The notes: a model not told the origin generated them from the sequence alone. Positions 15,796-25,304 are shown, numbered from the stretch's first letter. The stretch: DNA of 32,000 nucleotides from Microcystis aeruginosa NIES-843 (GCF_000010625.1 NC_010296.1:2460001-2492000); one strand, 5' to 3'. A program made the numbers and translations.

Positions 15796-16039
15796 GGGGA
15801 AAATTAAGGCCTAGACTGGGATAGTGTTTAATGTATCATTTTGTCACGGTTCGATCGGTTAAAATCTTGCTAATTTGGCGCTAGTCTATCTCGATAACAT
15901 GATAGACTATGCTGTACTGTCTAGGGGTTTTTCTGGCTCTAGCTTGAGTGATCGAAGTCTAGCCTAGACTTAAAGTTAACTAACAGTCCGTCATTGCCAG
16001 TGGATCGAAGAAAATTGCTAAAATCGCCTCTACTATTGC

Positions 16040-17023
16040 TTGATGTCCCGAAAAATATTCCTAAACCGCATTTTTTTCCGTCAACCGTTCAGGGAAAATA
16101 ACATCAAGATACCTGTCCATCTTCCCGAAAAACCTTCCATCCCTAAAAATGTCTATTCGTTCAGTGACATGATCATCGAGCTAGAAACCCAACACCACCA
16201 AAATCCTACCCCCATATCTCTCAAAACGGCGATTTTAGTCATTGGAGGTGCCGAGGATAAAGTCCACGGTAAAGAGATACTGCATACCTTTTGGAATCGC
16301 GCTGGGGGTAGCGAAGCAGTGATCGCTATTGTTCCCTCCGCTTCCAGAGAACCGGTTTTAATCGGCGATCGCTATCAGAAGATTTTCGAGGAAATGGGGG
16401 CAAAATACGTCAAAGTTATCGATATTCGTGATCGCGTACAGGGAGAAGACCCCCAATTTCAAGCCTACATCGAAGAGTGTACAGGTGTATTTATGACCGG
16501 AGGCGACCAGCTGCGTTTATGCGGTTTGCTCTCCGATACTCCCCTGATGGAAAGAATCAGACAAAGAGTGCAACAGGGAGAATTAACCCTGGCCGGAACT
16601 AGCGCCGGGGCCGCCGTTATGGGTCATCACATGATTGCTGGGGGCAGCAGCGGGGAAGCACCCAATCGGGCCCTAGTGGATATGGCCATGGGATTAGGTC
16701 TCATTCCTGAAGTCATTGTCGATCAACACTTCCACAATCGCAACCGCATGGCTCGGTTAATGAGCGCTATCTCCGGTTATCCCGAACGTTTAGGAATTGG
16801 CATCGATGAGGATACCTGCGCTATGTTTGAACGGGATGGCACGATGACGGTAATCGGCTGCGGTACAGTGACGGTAATTGATGCTAGGGAAATGTCCCAC
16901 ACCAACCACCATCACGTCACCGCTAACGAACCCCTGAGTCTGCATAATCTGCGGGTACATATTCTTGCCTACGGTGATGGCTATCATCTCAAAAAACAGC
17001 AAGTGATCGCTAAATTGGGGTAA
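16040..17023 (+). CDS. cphB: cyanophycinase; the conserved start is probably ATG 16169
   Basis: AILVIGGAEDKVHGKEILHTFW..., TGGDQLRLCGLL, the nucleophile motif LAGTSAGAAVMGHHMIAGG, and VDQHFHNRNRMARL. The 43 codons upstream of 16169 (from a TTG) have no counterpart in the cyanophycinases I recall. Confidence 0.9.
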   Translation: MMSRKIFLNRIFFRQPFRENNIKIPVHLPEKPSIPKNVYSFSDMIIELETQHHQNPTPISLKTAILVIGGAEDKVHGKEILHTFWNRAGGSEAVIAIVPSASREPVLIGDRYQKIFEEMGAKYVKVIDIRDRVQGEDPQFQAYIEECTGVFMTGGDQLRLCGLLSDTPLMERIRQRVQQGELTLAGTSAGAAVMGHHMIAGGSSGEAPNRALVDMAMGLGLIPEVIVDQHFHNRNRMARLMSAISGYPERLGIGIDEDTCAMFERDGTMTVIGCGTVTVIDAREMSHTNHHHVTANEPLSLHNLRVHILAYGDGYHLKKQQVIAKLG

Positions 17024-17130
17024 AAAAACTCCTGAAAAACTGTTCACTATGAACAGTTTACTAATCTCGGAAAACCAGACAATAAACAACGGCTTCTTTG
17101 TGCTTCTCAACAGCGAACATCAGCTATATC

Positions 17131-19764
17131 ATGAAAATTCTCAGAACCCAAACCCTGCGCGGTCCCAACTACTGGAGTATTCGTCGCGACAAGCTCATTG
17201 TTATGCGTCTGGATCTCGAAGATCTGGCAGAGAAGCCATCGAATGAAATCCCAGGCTTTTACGAGGGACTAATCGACGTTCTCCCTAGTTTAGTCGAACA
17301 TTACTGCTCCCCTGGTTATCGCGGCGGTTTCTTTGAACGAGTCCGCACTGGTACTTATATGGGCCATATTATCGAACATATCGCCCTAGAATTGCAGGAA
17401 TTGGCAGGAACTCCCGTCGGGTTTGGTCGCACTAGAGCCACCTCCACCCCCGGAGTCTATAACGTGGTATTTGAGTACGTTGACGAGCAAGCGGGACGTT
17501 ATGCGGGTAGGGCTGCCGTGCGTTTGTGTCAATCCCTTGTCGATACGGGAACCTATTCTAAGGAAGAATTCGACCAGGATTTAGCCGATTTACGCGATTT
17601 ATGCAATAATGCTGCCCTTGGTCCGAGTACCGAAACCATCGTCAAAGAAGCACAAGCTAGAAATATCCCCTGGTTACTCCTGAGCGCTCGTGCCATGGTG
17701 CAATTGGGCTATGGCGTTCACCAAAAGCGCATTCAAGCCACTTTAAGCAGTTTTTCGGGGATTTTAGCCGTTGAGTTGGCCTGTGACAAGGAAGGCACGA
17801 AAACTATCCTCAAGGATGGTGGGATTCCAGTCCCCCGGGGTACGGTGATTCAATACTTGGATGAGTTGTCAGCGGCAATTGAGGAAGTGGGAGGGTTTCC
17901 CATCGTCATTAAACCCCTCGATGGCAACCACGGCCGGGGCATCAGCATCGATGTTAAAACTCAACAGGAAGCAGAGGAAGCTTATGATCTAGCCAGTGCC
18001 GCCTCGAAAACCCGCAGCGTGATCGTAGAAAGGTATTATAAAGGCAGTGATCACCGAATTTTAGTCATCAATGGCAAAGTCGCCGCCGTGGCCGAACGGA
18101 TCCCCGCTCACGTCGTCGGTGATGGGCGCTCAACTATAGAAGAATTAATCGAAATTACTAATCAGGATCCCAACCGGGGTGACGGTCATGCCAACGTTTT
18201 AACTAAAATAACCATTGACAAAACCGCCCTTAATGTGCTAGGAAAACAGGGCTATGAATTAACCAGCATTTTACCCCAAGGAGCGATCGCCTATCTGCGG
18301 GCCACGGCTAATTTAAGCACCGGCGGCATCGCCGTGGATCGTACCGACGAAATTCACCCCGAAAACGTCTGGATCGCCCAAAGAGTGGCAAAATTAATCG
18401 GTTTGGACATTGCCGGTATCGATGTGGTGACAGATGATATCCGCAAACCCCTGAAAGAAGTGGACGGGGTGATCGTAGAAGTCAACGCCGCCCCCGGTTT
18501 TCGGATGCACGTCGCCCCTAGTCGCGGTTTACCTCGCAATATCGCCGCCCCAGTTATCGATATGTTATTCCCCCCCGGGACTCCCAGTCGCGTGCCAATT
18601 CTGGCGATTACGGGAACTAACGGCAAAACCACCACTAGCCGCTTAATTTCTCATATTTGCCGACAAACGGGGAAAGTAGTCGGATTTACCACGACGGACG
18701 GCGTATATATCGATGATTATCTGGTAGAAAAGGGCGATAACACCGGTCCTTACAGTGCCAGTATGATTTTGAAGGATCCCACGGTGGAGATTGCCGTGTT
18801 AGAAACGGCCCGGGGTGGTATCCTGCGATCGGGTTTAGCTTTTAATCAATGTGATGTGGGGGTGGTGTTAAATGTGGCCGCCGACCATTTGGGTATCGGT
18901 GATATCGACACCATCGAACAAATGGCGAAAGTAAAAAGCGTTGTGGCCGAGGTGGTTAGCGCCGAGGGTTACGCGGTTTTAAATGCCGATGACCCTTTGA
19001 CCGTTGGTATGGCCGAAAAAGTTAAGGGAAGAGTCGCTTATTTTTCCATGAGTCCCGATAACCCGATTATTCACGACCATATCCGTCGCGGTGGCATGGC
19101 CGCCATTTATGAGAATGGCTATCTGTCGATTCTAGAGGGAGAATGGACGCTGAGAATCGAGGAAGCGGTCAATATTCCCGTGACTATGCAGGGAATGGCT
19201 CCTTTTATGATTGCTAACGCCCTGGCTGCCTGTTTAGCGACTTTTGTGCAGGGTATCGATATCGAGTTAATTCGCCAAGGGGTGCGAACTTTTAAACCTT
19301 CCGTGGCCCAGACCCCCGGCAGGATGAACCTGTTTGACTTGGGACACCATCACGCTTTAATCGATTATGCCCATAATCCGGCCGGATACGAAGCCGTCGG
19401 CGGTTTTGTCGGCAATTGGTCCGGGGAAAAAGTCGGCGTGGTCGGGGGACCTGGCGATCGACGCGATGATGATTTAATTTTATTAGGGAAATTATCGGCG
19501 CTTATGTTCGATCGAATTATTGTTAAGGAAGATAACGATACTCGCGGTCGCCGCCGGGGGGAAGTGGCCGATTTAATTCTCAGGGGAATTAGCCAAGAAA
19601 ATGCCAGTTTGCGTCCGGAAGTTATTCTCGATGAAACGGAGGCTTTAGAGAAGGCTTTAAGTACGGTTTCTGAGGGTGGTTTAGTGGTAATTTTCCCGGA
19701 AAGTGTCACCCAGGCGATCGATTTGGTCGAGAAACATCGACCCCTGACCGATAACCAGGGTTAG
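17131..19764 (+). CDS. cphA: cyanophycin synthetase
   Basis: Starts MKILRTQTLRGPNYWSIRR, the canonical CphA N-terminus. The track ORF begins 11 codons earlier at 17098. ATP-grasp region (FPIVIKPLDGNHGRGI). Mur-ligase-like P-loop ITGTNGKTTTSRL. Confidence 0.93.
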   Translation: MKILRTQTLRGPNYWSIRRDKLIVMRLDLEDLAEKPSNEIPGFYEGLIDVLPSLVEHYCSPGYRGGFFERVRTGTYMGHIIEHIALELQELAGTPVGFGRTRATSTPGVYNVVFEYVDEQAGRYAGRAAVRLCQSLVDTGTYSKEEFDQDLADLRDLCNNAALGPSTETIVKEAQARNIPWLLLSARAMVQLGYGVHQKRIQATLSSFSGILAVELACDKEGTKTILKDGGIPVPRGTVIQYLDELSAAIEEVGGFPIVIKPLDGNHGRGISIDVKTQQEAEEAYDLASAASKTRSVIVERYYKGSDHRILVINGKVAAVAERIPAHVVGDGRSTIEELIEITNQDPNRGDGHANVLTKITIDKTALNVLGKQGYELTSILPQGAIAYLRATANLSTGGIAVDRTDEIHPENVWIAQRVAKLIGLDIAGIDVVTDDIRKPLKEVDGVIVEVNAAPGFRMHVAPSRGLPRNIAAPVIDMLFPPGTPSRVPILAITGTNGKTTTSRLISHICRQTGKVVGFTTTDGVYIDDYLVEKGDNTGPYSASMILKDPTVEIAVLETARGGILRSGLAFNQCDVGVVLNVAADHLGIGDIDTIEQMAKVKSVVAEVVSAEGYAVLNADDPLTVGMAEKVKGRVAYFSMSPDNPIIHDHIRRGGMAAIYENGYLSILEGEWTLRIEEAVNIPVTMQGMAPFMIANALAACLATFVQGIDIELIRQGVRTFKPSVAQTPGRMNLFDLGHHHALIDYAHNPAGYEAVGGFVGNWSGEKVGVVGGPGDRRDDDLILLGKLSALMFDRIIVKEDNDTRGRRRGEVADLILRGISQENASLRPEVILDETEALEKALSTVSEGGLVVIFPESVTQAIDLVEKHRPLTDNQG

Positions 19765-19795
19765 AAGTTAGGAAAAATAGCTAGAAAATAAAGTA

Positions 19796-19960
19796 GTGCC
19801 AATTGTTACTGAGTACGATGGTTTAATCAAAATCAGCCGAAATCCCTATTATGAGACTCGGCTTGGTTCTGCTTATTTGGGTAATAGCCTGACACTGATG
19901 GGGGAGTTGCCGGATGAGAGTGTCGATTTGATTTGTACTTCCCCACCTTTTGCCTTAGTA
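19796..19960 (+). pseudogene. N-terminal 55-codon fragment of an N4/N6 DNA methyltransferase (N6_N4_Mtase type) truncated by IS/MITE insertion
   Basis: GTG at 19796 preceded by an in-frame TAG. VPIVTEYDGLIKISRNPYYETRLGSAYLGNSLTLMGELPDESVDLICTSPPFALV has the beta-class motif IV (S/D)PP(F/Y) after SVDLI. The frame then runs into the TIR AGTACCTAAGCAAAATTAATTAC at 19961 and stops. Confidence 0.65.
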
Positions 19961-20073
19961 AGTACCTAAGCAAAATTAATTACACATCTAAGCCACTACT
20001 CCGTCAGACTTCTGGTGTGAGGAAACAGTGAACTGAAAACTCAGGTGGTGATTCGGTAGTAGTGATGGCGGCT

Positions 20074-21262
20074 TAATCCTTTGCTTTGCTGTGCATTGTA
20101 GTCATGGATAAAATACCAAAGGGCTCCCCAACGTGATTCTCCATTTTTTTAGAGAAAGATAGACTCTCTCTCACCAGCCGAGAAATCCTTTGTCGAAAGG
20201 TATTATTTAATCTTTCAATATCTGGACTTCCCCCATACAGAAATACTAAAAAATTAACAAAACCCTTACTGCCTGGAGCTTCTCAGAAAAAATTGAAAAG
20301 ACGCTACTGGGTACATTTTCCCTTTGAAAATGGCTGTACCGTTGACTGTATCTAGAGTAGAGCGATTCCGTAGAGTTGGCTGTATAGTGATCGCTAACCT
20401 TATTGTAACAGATGGTGTCATTAATCTCTAGAGTCAGCGATTCCCTCTGTAGCCATGTTTTTGCTGGTTTTCTGCCTGGAAACAAGCTATAATGGTCGAA
20501 GGGTCAAATTTGAAAAATTTTTCAAAATTTTGCCTCAAACCCTGTCTGCGTAAGGATTTCAGGAGTTTGTACCCAGTAGTTTATTAGTATTACATTGCTT
20601 TAACTCAGGCTCTGTAAGACTTTGAGCCATAGCTAGTATATTTATACGGGGGAAGTTCAGCAATATGATTAGTTTGACCAGTTTCTTTACCTACTGCCCG
20701 ATGACGTTTACTAGGAATTACTGTCTTATAGGACTCCCAAAAGTCTGTGTAAGCAACCGCGCATTGTCGGTAAACACCTGGTAAACTGGCCCCAAAGTTT
20801 TTTAGCTGATTGACGACTCCTATCTCCGCGCATAGCAACCAATAATTTCTCTTGTCTTTCTATCAATTAACCGCCAAATATAAACCTTTATCGTCTTAGA
20901 AAAAACCCAAGACCACATCTCATCACATTCTCTAACTAATTTACCTTTTAGTTTGTCCGAAACCTTTATTTGAAGGGGGACAGCCGCCAGTTTATTGTTG
21001 ACATAGTTTTGTAACCATGACCAACTTACCCCTGTTACTCTAGCAATTCCTCGCAAGGAAATTCGTTCGAGCAAGAGTTTATCAATTAATTGTTTGGTTT
21101 CGTCAGAGACGGTTTTATTAGTGGGATTGATCACCAACTGACGACCACACTCTTTACCTTGACGTTTGGGTTTTCCATTATGAATAGAACCATTCTTGAT
21201 AGTATGGTGAGAACCACAATTAGGACAGGGGAATAGAGGTGAAGGGGGTACTTTGTTCGGTG
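20074..21262 (-). pseudogene. IS1-family transposase (InsA zinc finger/HTH + InsB DDE), multiply frameshifted and split by a MITE
   Basis: ...PCPNCGSHHTIKNGSIHNGKPKRQGKECGRQLVINPTNKTVSDETKQLIDKLLLERISLRGIARVTGVSWSWL...DEMWSWV...IWRLIDRKTREIIGCY, then out-of-frame GDRSRQSAKKLW, then SLPGVYRQCAVAYTDFWESY...GKETGQTNHI. Across the MITE it continues ERLNNTFRQRISRLVRESLSFSKKMENH. No ATG was found for the zinc-finger frame. Confidence 0.7.
20222..20660. mobile_element. family-B MITE copy B1 (439 bp), 6-bp CAATAT duplication
   Basis: TIRs CTGGACTTCCCCCATACAG and CGGGGGAAGTTCAG. CAATAT at 20216-20221 and 20661-20666. Excision restores NHIERLNNT in the IS1 transposase frame. Near-identical twin at 24876-25304. 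Confidence 0.85.
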
Positions 21263-21273
21263 CTAGACTGATA

Positions 21274-22357
21274 AGTACCTAGGCAAAATTAATTACATAC
21301 TCGCCTCCAAAATTGTCCAGCACTTTTTTAACGTAAGCGAGGAGGCTCTTTCGGTCTTTATAGGCGCTAAATTCAATCCATTCATATTTTAAAAATCTCC
21401 ATAATATTTCAATTAAATTTAAATGAGGTGAATAAGTGGGCAACCAAAATATTTTCAAGTTTTTCTTTTCCCATTCCTCAAGTTTCTCCATAAATGCCTC
21501 GCTGGTATGAATGGAAGCTTGGTCAATTATTATGACAGTTTTTTTCTGTATATTTTGGCAATATTTATCCAGAAAATTAATAACTATCTCGCTAGTAACC
21601 GTTCCGACCTGTGTCTCATAAAATAATTGATTATCTCGTTTCATTATTCCTAAAATATTTAGTCTTTTACCTTCAATTGGTGGTAACTTTATCGTGGTTT
21701 TTTCTTCTTGCCAAGCGTCAGGAATACAAGGCTTTGAATCCCCTCCCATTTCATCCAAATATCCTATCTCAATCTCTCCTCTTTTTTCCTGTTTTTTTAG
21801 TTCTTCTAAAATAGGTAGTTTGACCTCAAGCTCCCACTCATCAGGGGTTTTGGCGACCCCTCTTCTCACCCTTTTCCACCTCATGTTGATTTTTTTTATG
21901 AGTCTTTTTATCGTGTCTTTGCTTACGGTTAATTTCCCTTCTTCTACAATTTTTATCTGGATTTTTTTTAAGCTTTTCGGTTCTTCTTTTACCCAGTCAA
22001 TAACTTGTTGACCTTGTGCTTCTGTCAATTTAGGTTTTCTCCCTCTTCCTCGACGATTATAAAAACCAATTAGTTTTCTATCTTCCCAGGCCGTCAACCA
22101 ATTATAGATGGTCTTTCTCGTAACTCCAAATATTCCGCTCAATTCTTCTATCGTGGTTCCCTGAAAACTTAAGAGTATACATTTCGCTCGCTCTCTTACT
22201 TGATGATGTTTACTAGCTCGATAAATTCTCTCTAGCATTTTCTGGCTCTCGGGGTTTAGGTCTCTAATCAATCTCATTGTATTTTCCTGCTGCTTCGTTT
22301 TTTTATGTATTATACTTCTTAATTTTTTATTTGGGTAATTAATTTTGCATGACTACT
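21274..22357 (-). mobile_element. IS630-family insertion sequence (#2), 1084 bp, TA-flanked
   Basis: TIRs are AGTACCTAGGCAAAATTAATTAC at 21274 and the reverse complement of the right end, AGTAGTCATGCAAAATTAATTAC. TA at 21272-21273 and 22358-22359. Confidence 0.85.
21279..22277 (-). CDS. IS630/Tc1-mariner family DDE transposase
   Basis: 332 aa. HTH (TIEELSGIFGVTRKTIYNW). GYLDEMG (first D). IIIDQASIHTS (second D). LPTYSPHLNLIEILWRFLK. Confidence 0.85.
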   Translation of the reverse strand: MRLIRDLNPESQKMLERIYRASKHHQVRERAKCILLSFQGTTIEELSGIFGVTRKTIYNWLTAWEDRKLIGFYNRRGRGRKPKLTEAQGQQVIDWVKEEPKSLKKIQIKIVEEGKLTVSKDTIKRLIKKINMRWKRVRRGVAKTPDEWELEVKLPILEELKKQEKRGEIEIGYLDEMGGDSKPCIPDAWQEEKTTIKLPPIEGKRLNILGIMKRDNQLFYETQVGTVTSEIVINFLDKYCQNIQKKTVIIIDQASIHTSEAFMEKLEEWEKKNLKIFWLPTYSPHLNLIEILWRFLKYEWIEFSAYKDRKSLLAYVKKVLDNFGGEYVINFA

Positions 22358-22561
22358 TATTTGAGTAAGCCAGACAGGAGCCAGAAAAAGATATTTATCA
22401 GAAAAGTCATGATCAAGCTAGAGGTTTAAAGACTGAGCGGGTTGCAATTATTTTTATTCATAAATATTTTACACAATTCATACCAGGTAAGCAAGAGGGC
22501 TACGCCACTACTACCAAATCATTACCAAACCTGACTACTGACTTCCGATCACTGACAAAAC

Positions 22562-23560
22562 CTATCCCAAAACGATCAAATCGCGCAGGGATTGAATTTC
22601 CTCGGTTTGTAAACGCGCCCCAAAAGTAGAAACCACCCGGGCAGCCGCTAGAGAAGCGAGATTTCCCGCTCCTTTGTAACCCATACCGTGGGTAATACCG
22701 TAGAGAAACGCACCTGCATACATATCCCCCGCACCGACGGTATCGATCGCCTGTACGGGATGGGGGTCAATTTCCAGGAGATTTTCGCCATCATAGATCA
22801 AAGAACCATTGGCACCCCGGGTGATAGCGAATCCTTTGGCAATGGTTTTAAAATAGGCGATCGCTGACTCAATTTCCTCGCTGCCGGAAATAGTCAAAGC
22901 TTCCGACTCATTAGCGAAAACGAAATCTAACCCCGTTCCGATCATTTCCAGTAATCCCTCCCGGAAGAAGATCGCCATATTGGGATCCGACAGGGATAAA
23001 GCGGTTTTGACTCCAGCAGCCTGAGCAATTTCTCGCCCTTTAATAGCGGCAGCTTTGGCAGTGGGAGAGGTGACGAGATAACCTTCGAGATAGAGATAAT
23101 CGGCATTAACGATCGCTGAAGGGACTAATTCCCGTTCGGAAATTTCCCCGGTGATGCCGAGAAAAGTATTCATGGTGCGATCGGCATCGGGAGTCACAAA
23201 AACTAGACATTTTCCCGTGATTCCCACCTCTTTTTCGCCGCCGTGTTCATTGGTATGCAAACCACAGGCGCGCAGATCTTGCAGATAAAACTTGCCCAAT
23301 TCGTCATTGCCCACTTTACAGGAATAGAAACCTCTACCCCCCAACTGAGCGATCGCTACTAGGGTATTCGCCGCCGATCCGCCACCGCTGCGTTTACAAT
23401 CAAGAGCCAATTTTTCCATCAACTGGGTTTGACGATTTTCGTCCACCAGCGTCATCACTCCTTTATCGATGCCCAATTCTTGCAGTAATTCAGGAGAGAC
23501 TTGAAATTCCATATCGACGAGCGCGTTACCGATCCCATAAACGTTGTATTGTTTGCCCAT
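22562..23560 (-). CDS. PfkB-family carbohydrate/nucleoside kinase (adenosine kinase-like)
   Basis: 332 aa. N-terminal [18 protein letters not shown], and the C-terminal catalytic motif [16 protein letters not shown]. Confidence 0.8.
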   Translation of the reverse strand: MGKQYNVYGIGNALVDMEFQVSPELLQELGIDKGVMTLVDENRQTQLMEKLALDCKRSGGGSAANTLVAIAQLGGRGFYSCKVGNDELGKFYLQDLRACGLHTNEHGGEKEVGITGKCLVFVTPDADRTMNTFLGITGEISERELVPSAIVNADYLYLEGYLVTSPTAKAAAIKGREIAQAAGVKTALSLSDPNMAIFFREGLLEMIGTGLDFVFANESEALTISGSEEIESAIAYFKTIAKGFAITRGANGSLIYDGENLLEIDPHPVQAIDTVGAGDMYAGAFLYGITHGMGYKGAGNLASLAAARVVSTFGARLQTEEIQSLRDLIVLG

Positions 23561-23652
23561 AATTTAGTCGATCGCCTAAAAATACTTTGTTATTGATAGT
23601 AGGGAAAGAAGGGGCAAAAAGCTAGGGGCTTTTTTCAGCCGGAGAATATCAT

Positions 23653-23686
23653 AATCAAAAATAATGGGTGTGCTAGTCTCACACCC
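23653..23686 (-). terminator. rho-independent terminator after the 70-aa ORF
   Basis: On the minus strand, GGGTGTG-agactag-CACACCC (23686-23666) is followed by ATTATTTTTGATT. Confidence 0.6.
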
Positions 23687-23724
23687 CCAGTAATTTGTGT
23701 TAAGTTTTGTTTAACTAAGCCACT

Positions 23725-23937
23725 TTAAGCCTCATCGTAGGCTTCTAGATCCAACAGATAAAGATAAGATTCGGCTAATTCCTGCCTTTGAAAAGCGATC
23801 GCTCGCAGCAGATGCCAATCCCGCAAAGCCTCGAAGGGGTTACTATACTCATCTTTTTCTAGTCGTTCGGCCAAAGACGCAATATCAGCGGCGGTATACT
23901 TGGCAATATCTTGATCAGTGAAGCTTATAACTGTCAT
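23725..23937 (-). CDS. small acidic hypothetical protein
   Basis: 70-aa ORF with a terminator downstream. No recognisable motif. Codon usage resembles the neighbouring genes. Confidence 0.45.
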   Translation of the reverse strand: MTVISFTDQDIAKYTAADIASLAERLEKDEYSNPFEALRDWHLLRAIAFQRQELAESYLYLLDLEAYDEA

Positions 23938-24085
23938 TTCTGCACCTCCCTCGACCTTTGTTCTATTTCTAGCCTAACATATATTCTGAGTTGAAAAAAT
24001 GCCTTCCCCGCCAAGTTAAGAACTGTAAATGGAAGGGTAATTGTGGTACAATTCCAGCAAAAAAGCTATTTTTGATTGATCTTCT

Positions 24086-24772
24086 ATGAAAACAGCCCTC
24101 ATTACCGGTGCTTCCACTGGTATCGGTGTCGTCTTTGCCCGTCAACTTGCCCAACGGCAAATGGAGCTAATTTTAGTCGCTAGATCCAGAGATAAACTAG
24201 AACAATTAGCAGCGGAATTAGAGGAACAATACGGGGTAAAAGTGACAGTTATCGTTCAAGATCTGACCGTTGCCGGGGCGGGAAAGCTTGTATATGATAC
24301 GATGAACCAAAAAGGAATCAACGTTGATTTACTGGTCAATAATGCCGGTTTTGGTGATTATGGTGCTTTTAGCGAGCAGGATTTAGCCCGACAGTTAGAA
24401 ATGATCCAGTTAAATAATCTGGTATTGGTGGAATTAAGCCACTATTTTCTCCGTCCGATGCTTGCTGGTGCTGGGGGGGCAATTATCAATGTTGCTTCCA
24501 TTGCTGGGTTTCAACCGCTGCCCTATCTTTCCGTCTATGCGGCGACAAAAGCTTTTGTCCTCAGTTTTAGCGAGTCTCTCTGGGCAGAAAATAAAGACAA
24601 AGGCGTTGAAATCCTTGCTCTTTGCCCCGGTCCGACGGAATCGAATTTTTTTGAGGTGGCCCGATTTCCCAGTGCCTTTATGGGCAAAAACGGCCGGTTA
24701 GATTCGGCGGAAGTGGTAGTACAAGAGGCTTTAACTGCCTTGGCAAACAAGCGCCCCAACGTGGTAAGCTAA
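24086..24772 (+). CDS. SDR-family oxidoreductase whose native 3' end (24856-24875 + 25311-25386) is displaced by two MITE insertions
   Basis: TGASTGIG cofactor motif, NNAG, catalytic S...YAATKAF. The current ORF ends in MITE sequence (..NVV-S*). Removing both MITEs and one copy of each duplication gives ...NVVAGKFANKIIVNLPRFLPRSWIVSLIEKQFKL*, about 260 aa. Confidence 0.85.
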   Translation: MKTALITGASTGIGVVFARQLAQRQMELILVARSRDKLEQLAAELEEQYGVKVTVIVQDLTVAGAGKLVYDTMNQKGINVDLLVNNAGFGDYGAFSEQDLARQLEMIQLNNLVLVELSHYFLRPMLAGAGGAIINVASIAGFQPLPYLSVYAATKAFVLSFSESLWAENKDKGVEILALCPGPTESNFFEVARFPSAFMGKNGRLDSAEVVVQEALTALANKRPNVVS

Positions 24773-24853
24773 ACGGCTTTTACTTCGGATCACCGATATA
24801 GACTCCAAAAGGGTTATAGCTGTTGGATCATGCAGGTTAAGCGCCGTTTAGCT
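24767..24853. mobile_element. 87-bp IS630#1-related MITE (family C), TA-flanked
   Basis: TIRs AGCTAAACGGC and GCCGTTTAGCT resemble the IS630#1 ends AGCTAAAACGCAC. TA at 24765-24766 and 24854-24855. Confidence 0.7.
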
Positions 24854-24875
24854 TAGCCGGTAAATTTGCTAATAA

Positions 24876-25304
24876 CTGGACTTCCCCCATACAGAAATAC
24901 TAAAAAATTAACAAAACCCTTACTGCCTGGAGCTTCTCAGAAAAAATTGAAAAGACGCTACTGGGTACATTTTCCCTTTGAAAATGGCTGTACCGTTGAC
25001 TGTATCTAGAGTAGAGCGATTCCGTAGAGTTGGCTGTATAGTGATCGCTAACCTTATTGTAACAGATGGGGTCATTAATCTCTAGAGTCAGCGATTCCCT
25101 CTGTAGCCATGTTTTTGATGGTTTTCTGCCCGGAAACAAGCTATAATGGTCGAAGGGTCAAATTTGAAAAATTTTGCCTCAAACCCTGTCTGCGTAAGGA
25201 TTTCAGGAGTTTGTACCCAGTAGTTTATTAGTATTACATTGCTTTAACTCAGGCTCTGTAAGACTTTGAGCCATAGCTAGTATATTTATACAGGGGAAGT
25301 TCAG
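24876..25304. mobile_element. family-B MITE copy B2 (429 bp), 6-bp TAATAA duplication
   Basis: Same TIRs as B1. TAATAA at 24870-24875 and 25305-25310. It differs from B1 by a 10-bp indel and a few substitutions. Confidence 0.85.

Larger units (their letters stand above)
19961..21271 (-). mobile_element. composite: family-D left TIR (19961-~20000) abutting a decayed IS1-family element
   Basis: 19961-19999 matches the left arm of the MITE at 10525. The rest encodes IS1-type InsA/InsB fragments on the minus strand. The exact IS1 ends are not resolved. Confidence 0.5.

Noticed and set aside
15833-15846. An NtcA-like site, GTA-tcattttg-TCA, upstream of cphB.
   Set aside because: The right half-site is TCA rather than TAC, so the consensus GTA-N8-TAC is not met. 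Without a mapped -10 box at the right spacing this is not supportable.
20246-20485. A 79-aa ORF conserved in both family-B MITE copies (also 24900-25139).
   Set aside because: The conservation only reflects the ~98 percent nucleotide identity of the MITE copies. There is no transposase-like motif, no convincing start context, and substitutions are not biased to synonymous positions.
23969-24160. A 63-aa minus-strand ORF overlapping the SDR start.
   Set aside because: It overlaps the well-supported SDR N-terminus (TGASTGIG) on the opposite strand and has no motifs.
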